A DNA stretch of 64,000 bases from Phycisphaerae bacterium. GTDB lineage: Bacteria; Planctomycetota; Phycisphaerae; Phycisphaerales; Phycisphaeraceae. Both the position numbers and the translations under genes were made by a program. The DNA is taken from NCBI GenBank assembly GCA_030432595.1, contig JAUIGU010000020.1:8144-72143 (forward strand), written 5' to 3'. Every line of letters begins with the position of its first letter. The stretch's first letter is position 1. The notes beneath the pieces are model-generated. The model was not told the DNA's origin and ran no database searches. It saw nothing but the letters and a program-made list of their open reading frames with translations. Shown piece after piece: positions 9,256 to 16,533 of this stretch.

Positions 9256-9531
9256 TTAGTTTTCTTCGTCGAACCGTCGGTCGATCAGGTCTTTAAGCGC
9301 CGCGATGGCTTCGTCGGCGTCGGGCCCGTTGGCGTGGAGCTTCAAGCCGGTGCCCTTGGTGGCCGCGAGCATCATGATCTGCATGATGCTTTTGGCGTCC
9401 ACCGTCTGCTCGCCGTTGCTGATCTTCACGTCGCTCTTAAACCCACTGGCCACGTCGACCACCGACATCGCCGGCCGGGCGTGCAGCCCGAGGCGGTTGG
9501 AGATCGTGACGTCGGCGGAGGCTTCGGGCAT
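9256..9531 (-). CDS. ptsH: Phosphocarrier protein HPr/NPr
   Basis: 91 aa. The His15 region is NRLGLHARPA and the Ser46 region is VDAKSIMQIMML. Confidence 0.9.
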   Translation of the reverse strand: MPEASADVTISNRLGLHARPAMSVVDVASGFKSDVKISNGEQTVDAKSIMQIMMLAATKGTGLKLHANGPDADEAIAALKDLIDRRFDEEN

Positions 9532-9539
9532 AACGGTCA

Positions 9540-9623
9540 GGCGAAAGTCGAAAGGCGAAGGTCGGAACGGGAAGACGCCGCACGGCGGAAAATGTTCGCC
9601 TTTCGACTCTTCCCTTTCGACTC
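9540..9623. repeat. Back-to-back TTTCGMC heptad arrays forming a 14-bp perfect inverted repeat (9546-9559 / 9595-9608) between ptsN and ptsH
   Basis: Read directly: AGTCGAAAGGCGAA pairs with TTCGCCTTTCGACT. On the - strand the array reads CTTCGCC TTTCGAC TTTCGCC + 8 nt + the ptsH ATG. Confidence 0.6.
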
Positions 9624-9625
9624 GT

Positions 9626-10099
9626 TCAGGTGATCTGTTTCTGGTCCGCTTCTTCCAACAACGTCAAGACGGCTTCTTTGGAGGTCGCCTGGCGTAAGAA
9701 CGAGCGGAAGCGATCTTTCTGCAGGTTGGAGAAGACGGTCTCCATGGCCTGGAGGTGCTCGTCGGGTTTGGACTTGGGCGACAGCAGCAGGACGATGGAG
9801 TAGACGGGCTGTTTGTCGAGCGCGTTGAACTCGACGCCGGTCTGGCTGACACCGATCGCCGCAGCCATGTTCTTGAGGTCGTCGTGCTTGACGTGGGGGA
9901 CGGCCACGCCCTTGCCGAACCCGGTGGAGCCGTTCTTTTCCCGGGCGAGGATCTGGTCGACCAGGGCGCCGCGCAGCTTGGCGTCCGCGGCGCCGGCCTC
10001 GATCAAGGCGTCGATCAACTCCGCGATGGCGTCGTCACGCTCGGTGGATTTCAGGTCGGCGAGGATCGCGTCTTGCACAACCAGTTCGGTCAGTTTCAT
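9626..10099 (-). CDS. ptsN: PTS IIA-like nitrogen regulatory protein PtsN (EIIA-Ntr)
   Basis: EIIA fructose/Ntr family features: STGFGKGVAVPHVKH (active-site His) and PVYSIVLLLSP. Start taken at MKLTELVVQ (ATG 10099). The ORF is open to 10144. Confidence 0.85.
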   Translation of the reverse strand: MKLTELVVQDAILADLKSTERDDAIAELIDALIEAGAADAKLRGALVDQILAREKNGSTGFGKGVAVPHVKHDDLKNMAAAIGVSQTGVEFNALDKQPVYSIVLLLSPKSKPDEHLQAMETVFSNLQKDRFRSFLRQATSKEAVLTLLEEADQKQIT

Positions 10100-10212
10100 C
10101 GCAAGTCTCGGCGGCGGCGGGGGGACGGGGACGGGCCGTGACAATGATACCGCTGAACGCCCGGTGCGGCGTGCTTTCGTGGGCGTTGCGATAGGTCGGC
10201 GGTGAGGCCCGG

Positions 10213-10512
10213 TCAGTGCTTGTGATCGACGAGCCGGGCGTGGTGGTTGCGGAGCTGGCGTTCCAGCTTCGCGGCGGCTTCATCGACGGCGGCGTAGAGG
10301 TCTTCGTGTTTCACGGACGCGACGAACGGGTCGTGGCCGTCGGCGTGGACGACAAACTCGACAAAGAAGGTGTGTGTCCCGCGTTTCTCGGCGATGACGT
10401 CGGCGTCGCGCACGCGGTCCCAGAAGTGCGTGAGCTTGTCGCAGCGGCGCGAGACGTGGCCGCGGATGGCGTCGGTGATCTCGAGGTTGCGCCCGGTGAT
10501 CGTGGCTTTCAT
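10213..10512 (-). CDS. hpf: Ribosome hibernation promoting factor / sigma-54 modulation protein family
   Basis: 99 aa: MKATITGRNLEITDAIRGHVSRRCDKLTHFWDRV...DLYAAVDEAAAKLERQLRNHH is typical HPF/RaiA. The 304-aa track ORF is an artefactual upstream extension. Confidence 0.9.
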   Translation of the reverse strand: MKATITGRNLEITDAIRGHVSRRCDKLTHFWDRVRDADVIAEKRGTHTFFVEFVVHADGHDPFVASVKHEDLYAAVDEAAAKLERQLRNHHARLVDHKH

Positions 10513-10559
10513 GTGGACTCCTTTGCTGCGTGACGGCCGGCGGGCCGGTGGCGTCGGCG

Positions 10560-11570
10560 TCAGGCCGTGCGGCGACGCTGCTCCTCGTCGGGCGACGGCA
10601 GGGGCGTCGCCGCGGGTCCGCCGTTCTCGGGGATGAGTTGGTTGGGCGGGACGACCACGCCGCCCGACACCGCGAACTTTAGCGCGTCCTCGATCGTGAC
10701 CGGCAGATCGACCGTGTCCTTGATCGGGACGGTGATGACATACCCGGTGAACGGCGTGGGGGAACTGGGCACGAACACGGTGAGGCACGCGTCGCCCGCC
10801 TGGTCCTGGATCGTCCGCATGGTGTTGCCCGTGACGAGCCCGACCGACCACAGGCCCTTGCGGGGGTATTGCACGGCGACGACGCGGTTGAACTTCTGCG
10901 CCTCGTCGCTGTCGTCGCCGAACACGAAGTCGGTGATCTGCTTGAACGCGGGGTACACCCGGCCGACGAGGGGGACGCGCTGGATGGCGTCCTCGCCGGC
11001 GCGCCACAGCCGGTGGCCGATGGAGCGGGAGAGGAAGGCGCCGACGATGTAGACCAGGACGATCGCCAGCAGCAGGCCGATGACGTTGAGCACGGGCCAG
11101 CCGCCGACGGTGTACTGGTTCCACCAATCTTCAAAGGCGGCGCGACGCGCGAGCAGGATCGCGGATTCCTGCTGTTTCTGCCACCCGAGCTGCTCGCGCA
11201 GCATGACCAGCCGCGGCATGCTGTTGGGCGGGACGCCGAGTTCTTTGGCGCGCGCTTCGAGGTGGATCTGCCACTCGTCTTCGCGCAGTGACGCCGGCAA
11301 CTCTTCGAAGGTGTTGCGGAAGTTCTCCTCGCTGGCCGGCGGCCAGTCGGTGAAGCGGATGACCAGCTCCCGGATGCCGGCGTTGATGGGCCGACCGATG
11401 CGTTCGTCGACGAAGCTGAACGCGAAGAGCAGCAGCCAGATCGTCAGCACCGTCGGCAACACGATGGCCAGGCCGCGGAGGAACAGACGGCGGAAGTTCG
11501 AGCGGCCGCGGCGCGGGTCGGCGGTCGGGGTGTCCGCGGCGGTCGGATCGGGGGGCGTCGGTTCGTCCAT
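10560..11570 (-). CDS. DUF502 domain-containing membrane protein
   Basis: Motifs FRRLFLRGLAIVLPTVLTIWLL and PLVGRVYPAFKQITDFV...VFVPSSPTPFTGYVITVP match the DUF502 pattern. The alternative GTG start at 11597 is equally possible. Confidence 0.8.
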   Translation of the reverse strand: MDEPTPPDPTAADTPTADPRRGRSNFRRLFLRGLAIVLPTVLTIWLLLFAFSFVDERIGRPINAGIRELVIRFTDWPPASEENFRNTFEELPASLREDEWQIHLEARAKELGVPPNSMPRLVMLREQLGWQKQQESAILLARRAAFEDWWNQYTVGGWPVLNVIGLLLAIVLVYIVGAFLSRSIGHRLWRAGEDAIQRVPLVGRVYPAFKQITDFVFGDDSDEAQKFNRVVAVQYPRKGLWSVGLVTGNTMRTIQDQAGDACLTVFVPSSPTPFTGYVITVPIKDTVDLPVTIEDALKFAVSGGVVVPPNQLIPENGGPAATPLPSPDEEQRRRTA

Positions 11571-11662
11571 GTGCAAACAGTTCTGCTCCGCAGGCACCCC
11601 ATCGTACCACGGAGTACGCGGTGGCCCGGCAATCCGTTCGTCGAGGCCGCGTTGAACGCGTT

Positions 11663-12922
11663 TTACGCCGGGTCGAAGCGGAACAGCTTCTTCTTGCCCA
11701 CGCGCAGCAGGACGTGGCCCTGCTCGGCATCGTCCGCGGACACGGTCGCGGCGATGTCGTCCACCTTGGTTTCTCCGACGCGGACGCCGCCGCCCTGGAT
11801 GAGCCGACGCGCCTCGCCGTTGCTGGACGCGAAGCCCGACTGCTTGAGCAGTTCGATCACGCCGACCGGCTCGGTGAGGTCGATCGGTGCCGAGGGGATG
11901 CTCTCGCCGGTCACGTCGACGCCGCCGGTCGAGAACGCGCGCGACGCGGAGTCCCGCGCATTGTCCGCTTCCTCGGTCCCGTGTACGAGCTTTGTGATCT
12001 CGTACGCCAGCGTGACTTTCGCTTCATTGATCGCCGCGCCTTCGGCTTGTTCGAGCTGCTCGATCTGCTCCACCGGGAGGAACGTGAAGAAGCGCAGGTA
12101 CCGCCCGACGTCCGTGTCATCGACGTTCCGCCAGAACTGGAAGAAGTCGAACACGGGCGTGCGTTTCGGGTCGAGCCAGACGTTGCCCGATTCGCTCTTG
12201 CCGAACTTCGTGCCGTCGGCCTTGGTGACCAGCGGGAAGGTGAGCCCGGCGAGGTCGGCGTCGTGCATCTTGCGCCCCAGCTCGATGCCCATGACGATGT
12301 TGCCCCACTGGTCCTGCCCGCCGAGTTGGACGGTGCAGCCGTGGACGCGGAACAGGTGCACGAAGTCGTACGCCTGGAGGATCATGTAGGAAAACTCGAG
12401 GTACGAGATGCCCGCGCCGTCGCCGGTCATGCGCTGCTTGACCGACTCCATGCCGATCATGCGGTTGACGGAGACGCGGCTGCCCACGTCGCGGAGGACC
12501 TCGATCCAGGTGAGCGGGCCGATCCAGTCGAGGTTGTTGACCAGCGCCGCGTCGGCGGGCCCGTCGCCGAACGTGATGAACCGGCCGATCTGGTCGGCGA
12601 TGGCGGCGGCGTTGGTGCGGACGGTGGTTTCGTCGAGCATCTGCCGGGCATCGGTCTTGAACGACGGATCGCCGATCAGCCCGGTCGCCCCGCCGACCAG
12701 CACCAGCGGCCGGTGCCCGCAGCGCTGGGCGTGGGCCAGCCCCATGATGGGCACGAGTGACCCGACGTGCAGCGAGTCGGCGGTGGGGTCGAAGCCGCAG
12801 TAGCAGGTCACCGGTTGGGCGAGGCGGTCTTCGATGCGTTCGTCGGTGCACTGGGCGACCAGGCCCCGCGAATGGAGCACGGCGTGGAGGTTGGGCAGGG
12901 GGTCGGGGGGGGCGGCGGCCAT
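11663..12922 (-). CDS. tyrS: Tyrosine--tRNA ligase
   Basis: YCGFDPTADSLHVGSL (HIGH-type motif), KFGKS (KMSKS-type motif), and a C-terminal S4-like domain (GEARRLIQGGGVRVG). Start at ATG 12922 (MAAAPPDPLPNLH). The upstream 97 codons of the track ORF look non-coding. Confidence 0.95.
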   Translation of the reverse strand: MAAAPPDPLPNLHAVLHSRGLVAQCTDERIEDRLAQPVTCYCGFDPTADSLHVGSLVPIMGLAHAQRCGHRPLVLVGGATGLIGDPSFKTDARQMLDETTVRTNAAAIADQIGRFITFGDGPADAALVNNLDWIGPLTWIEVLRDVGSRVSVNRMIGMESVKQRMTGDGAGISYLEFSYMILQAYDFVHLFRVHGCTVQLGGQDQWGNIVMGIELGRKMHDADLAGLTFPLVTKADGTKFGKSESGNVWLDPKRTPVFDFFQFWRNVDDTDVGRYLRFFTFLPVEQIEQLEQAEGAAINEAKVTLAYEITKLVHGTEEADNARDSASRAFSTGGVDVTGESIPSAPIDLTEPVGVIELLKQSGFASSNGEARRLIQGGGVRVGETKVDDIAATVSADDAEQGHVLLRVGKKKLFRFDPA

Positions 12923-13082
12923 GGGGGCGTCAGTGTAATTCGGCTCGCGCGGGGTGTCGGTGTGAGGTGTTGGCTTTGGAGGTTTGTGAATGCGGGTCGT
13001 TCGCTTCATGCGGGTGCTCGGGATGGTCGATAATCGGCTACGGACGTGGCCGGGGTTGTCGTGCCGTGATGTGGGAAACGAG

Positions 13083-13625
13083 ATGCGTAAGGAACACGTC
13101 ATCCCCAGCGTTGTGATCGTGACGGTGCTGCTGGCGCAGGGCGCGGCGACGGTGGCGGGCGTGGTGATCAAGCGGCAGGGGCGGGCGTTCGACGACCACT
13201 TCTGGCCGTTCATGGACTACCCGATGTACAGCGAGGCGTACGGCCTGCCGGTGCAGACGTCCACGGTGCGGCTGGCCGTCACACTGCCAGACGGTCGCTT
13301 GGTCGAGGCCGACGCCGCGTATATGGGCCTGGACTTCTTCGGCTGGCGTTACCACATCGTGGAGAGGCTGGTCGCGGAGACACCGACGGGCGACTACGCC
13401 GAGTTGGCCGACGCCGTCGAGGCCGACCGCGCGGAAGCGCTCCGCCGCATCGTCGCGCAGGTCGAGGCGAACGAGGGCGTGGTTCCGGCGCAGGCGACCG
13501 TGCATCGCAAGGTCTACACGGTGGGCGACCACGGCCTGACCGAAACGGACACCGAGGAAAGTGTCGCGTTGAGCGGCGCGTTGAAGACGCCCCCGGACCC
13601 GACCGACGCGGAGCGATCGTTTTGA
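13083..13625 (+). CDS. Hypothetical N-terminally anchored protein, coupled to the HTTM gene
   Basis: Begins MRKEHVIPSVVIVTVLLAQGAATVAGVVI (TM anchor) followed by a soluble domain of about 150 aa. Its stop at 13623-13625 lies 14 nt upstream of the ATG (13640) of the next gene. I recognise no family. Confidence 0.55.
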   Translation: MRKEHVIPSVVIVTVLLAQGAATVAGVVIKRQGRAFDDHFWPFMDYPMYSEAYGLPVQTSTVRLAVTLPDGRLVEADAAYMGLDFFGWRYHIVERLVAETPTGDYAELADAVEADRAEALRRIVAQVEANEGVVPAQATVHRKVYTVGDHGLTETDTEESVALSGALKTPPDPTDAERSF

Positions 13626-13639
13626 ACGCGCCCACCGCA

Positions 13640-14659
13640 ATGTCTGAGCCGCGCGGCTTTTGGTCGTGGTACTTCTTTCCGACGGCGTCGCCGGTGCGGC
13701 TGGCGTTCATGCGGATCGTGTGCGCGGCGCTGCAACTGCTCTGGTTTGCCGAGCCGCTTTCGGCACAGCTCGCCAAGCTCAACGCCCCGGGGTTCGATCA
13801 CCCGCAGATGATCGTGCGCGGGTTTACCGCCGTGGTCCCGGTGGACGCGCTGCGCAGTGGGGACTTCCTGACAGCGTTGTATTGGGGGACGTTCGTGGTC
13901 GGCGTGCTCGCGCTCGTCGGGCTTCTGACCCGGGTCACGATGCTGCTGTTCGCGTTGGGCACGATCCTGCAGATCGCGCATCTATATAGCTACGGCGAGC
14001 ACCACCACCCCGAGGCGGCGTACTGCGTCTTCCTGTTCATGCTGGGGCTTGCGCCGTGCGGCCGGGCGCTGTCGGTGGACGCTTGGCTGGCCAAGAAACG
14101 AGGCGGATCGACCGCGGCGTGGGGGCCGGACGCCCGGCTGACCACGGTGATGTGGCCGATCGTCGCGATCCAGGTGTTTCTGGCGCTCGCGTATTTTGAT
14201 TCGTTCATGTCCAAGGTCGTCGTCGGCGGGCTCGACTGGATCAACGGGTACACGTTGCAGACGTACCTGCTCCAGGACGGCATCCGCTGGGACCGGCCGG
14301 CCGGCGTGTTCCTCGCGCAATACCGCTGGGCGGGCGTTCTGTTCGCGGTGGGGGCGCTGGCGTTCGAGGCGCTGTTCTTTGTGGTGCTGTTCGCGCGGTG
14401 TGCGTGGTTTCGCAGAATCCCGGGGTGGCGGCTGGTGGTGCCGGCGTTTCTGTTGGCGGGCGCGTGCATGCACCTGACGATCTGGATCGCGCAGGCGGCG
14501 CCGTTCTTTCAGTTCCTGGTGCTGTACCTGACGTGGGTGCCGTGGGAGCGGCTGTGGAATCGTCGTCGCGCGTCGAGCGAAACTTCCGGCTCAATGGACA
14601 CGGCGGTTCCAGGCCCGGGCCTCAGAACACAAAGCGCGTCCGCAGCTCCGGCGGCATGA
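13640..14659 (+). CDS. HTTM (vitamin K-dependent gamma-carboxylase-like) domain membrane protein
   Basis: Polytopic membrane protein. The N-terminal FFPTASPVRLAFMRIVCAALQLLWF and overall helix spacing fit my memory of the HTTM domain. The family call needs an HMM check. Confidence 0.6.
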   Translation: MSEPRGFWSWYFFPTASPVRLAFMRIVCAALQLLWFAEPLSAQLAKLNAPGFDHPQMIVRGFTAVVPVDALRSGDFLTALYWGTFVVGVLALVGLLTRVTMLLFALGTILQIAHLYSYGEHHHPEAAYCVFLFMLGLAPCGRALSVDAWLAKKRGGSTAAWGPDARLTTVMWPIVAIQVFLALAYFDSFMSKVVVGGLDWINGYTLQTYLLQDGIRWDRPAGVFLAQYRWAGVLFAVGALAFEALFFVVLFARCAWFRRIPGWRLVVPAFLLAGACMHLTIWIAQAAPFFQFLVLYLTWVPWERLWNRRRASSETSGSMDTAVPGPGLRTQSASAAPAA

Positions 14660-15086
14660 GCGGGCAGGCGTCGTCGGGCTTCTTGAACAGCCGGTGCCGG
14701 ACCTTCGCCACGCCGTCGTAGCACGCGTCGCGCAGGAAGCGCGGGACGATCCGGCCGACCGCGGCGCAGCCGCCCCAGAGCCCGCCGAGCCGACGCAGGA
14801 TCGCCAGCACCGCGTCCGATTTGGTCCGCAGCGTGCCGTCCGGCTCGAGCAGCACGATCGAGTCGGGCAGTTCGGCGATCGTCGGTTCGTCCAGCTTGCC
14901 CCGGATCAGCTCGCCCTGCAGCGGGGAGAAGACGAACTTCTCGCCGCCGGGGTCACGGGGGATGACGAACTTGACCCAGCGGTGGCACAGCCCGCAGTGG
15001 CCGTCGTAGAAAATGACCGCGCGGGCGTCGGCGGCGGATTCGCCGGACGGTTCGGCGGCGGCATATTCGGCGGCGGGTTCGGCCAT
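14622..15086 (-). CDS. DCC-family (DUF393) thiol-disulfide oxidoreductase
   Basis: The D-x-x-C-x-x-C motif is present in IFYDGHCGLCHRWVKFVI. The size (154 aa) is typical. Its 3' end overlaps the HTTM gene convergently by 38 nt. Confidence 0.8.
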   Translation of the reverse strand: MAEPAAEYAAAEPSGESAADARAVIFYDGHCGLCHRWVKFVIPRDPGGEKFVFSPLQGELIRGKLDEPTIAELPDSIVLLEPDGTLRTKSDAVLAILRRLGGLWGGCAAVGRIVPRFLRDACYDGVAKVRHRLFKKPDDACPLMPPELRTRFVF

Positions 15087-15166
15087 CGGGGAAGCGTAGC
15101 GCGGCGGGCGGGGTTGGGATCGCGTTGCGACCCACTGCGACCCCGGTCTGGCCTATCATCGACGCG

Positions 15167-16459
15167 GTGAACTTCCTGCTTGAAACCCTGCGACTGGGCG
15201 TGGCGAACCTGCGGCTGCACAAGCTGCGGTCGCTGCTCACGGCCCTGGGCATCATCATCGGCGTCGCCGCCGTCGTCGCCATCGCGGCCTACGGCGAGGG
15301 GGCCAAGCGCGCCGCCCTGGCCGACATCCTCGACCTGGGGGCCAACAACATCATCGTCCGCTCGGTCAAGCCCGTCGAGGTCGTCGACGACAGCCAGACC
15401 CAGAGCCGGGTCAGCGCGTACGGCCTGACCCGCCGCGACTACAACCGCATCGACGACACGGTCACCCCGGTCGAGGGCATTGTCCCGCTCAAGCGCGTCG
15501 GCGACCAGGTCATCCGCGGCAACGTCTCGATGGGCGTCGCCACCGTCATGGGCACCACGCCCGACATGCTCGAGGTCGCCAACCTCCGGGTCCGGCGCGG
15601 GCGCTACCTCGATGATTCCGACTTCTCCCCACCGGACAACGTGGCGGTCATCGGGGCCGGCATCGCTTCGCGTCTGTTCCCGCTGGCCGACCCGCTGGAC
15701 AGCACGTTCCGCATCGACGACACCACGTTCCGCGTCATCGGCGTGCTGCAGCCCGTGGGGCTGGCCGGCGGCGCGGGGTCGGCGCTGGTCGGCCGGGACC
15801 TGAACTTCGACGTGCATATCCCGCTGACCACCGCCCGCAGCCGGTTCGGCGACGTCCGCATGTCGCGCAGCTCCGGCAGCTTCAATCGCGAAGAGATCGA
15901 GATCTCGGAGCTTATCATCCGCACGCCCAGCGAGGACGCCGTGGTCAGCGTGGCCGGCCAGGTCGAGCGCGTGTTGTCGCTCGAACACGCCAAGAAGGGC
16001 GACGTCACCACCGTCGTCCCGTTGGAGTTGATCCAGCAGGCGGAGCGCGTCGAGTTCCGAAGCAACATGCTGATGGTCGTGATCGGCGGGCTGTCGCTGC
16101 TGGTCGGCGGCATCGGGATCATGAACATCATGCTCGCGTCGGTCACCGAGCGCACGCGCGAGATCGGCATCCGCCGGGCGCTGGGCGCGACGCGCCGGCA
16201 CGTCATCGCGCAGTTCCTCGTCGAGACCACGCTGCTGTCGTGCATCGGCGGGGCGATCGGCGTGGGGCTGGGGCTGTTCACCGCGATCGTGTTGGCGTGG
16301 CTGGCGCCCAGCCTCGAAGGCGTCGAGCCGCCGGCCGTCACGCCGACGCCCACCATCATCGCCTTCACCGTCGCCGCGGGCGTCGGGATCCTGTTCGGCC
16401 TGTACCCCGCGGTCAAGGCGGCCAAGCAGGACCCCATTGTCGCGCTGCGCCACGATTAA
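15167..16459 (+). CDS. MacB/FtsX-type ABC transporter permease (no ATPase partner nearby)
   Basis: N-terminal LRLHKLRSLLTALGIIIGVAAVV, a large periplasmic domain, and a C-terminal FtsX block RTREIGIRRALGATRRHVIAQFLVETTLLSCIGGAIGVGLG. GTG 15167 (VNFLLETL) is the likelier start. TTG 15125 is the alternative. Confidence 0.85.
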   Translation: MNFLLETLRLGVANLRLHKLRSLLTALGIIIGVAAVVAIAAYGEGAKRAALADILDLGANNIIVRSVKPVEVVDDSQTQSRVSAYGLTRRDYNRIDDTVTPVEGIVPLKRVGDQVIRGNVSMGVATVMGTTPDMLEVANLRVRRGRYLDDSDFSPPDNVAVIGAGIASRLFPLADPLDSTFRIDDTTFRVIGVLQPVGLAGGAGSALVGRDLNFDVHIPLTTARSRFGDVRMSRSSGSFNREEIEISELIIRTPSEDAVVSVAGQVERVLSLEHAKKGDVTTVVPLELIQQAERVEFRSNMLMVVIGGLSLLVGGIGIMNIMLASVTERTREIGIRRALGATRRHVIAQFLVETTLLSCIGGAIGVGLGLFTAIVLAWLAPSLEGVEPPAVTPTPTIIAFTVAAGVGILFGLYPAVKAAKQDPIVALRHD

Positions 16460-16533
16460 GGCCCGCCGATCCAAGAAATGCAGTCCACGGGTCGCAGCGT
16501 TCCGAGAATCGAACACCCTCGAAGAATTCGTAG

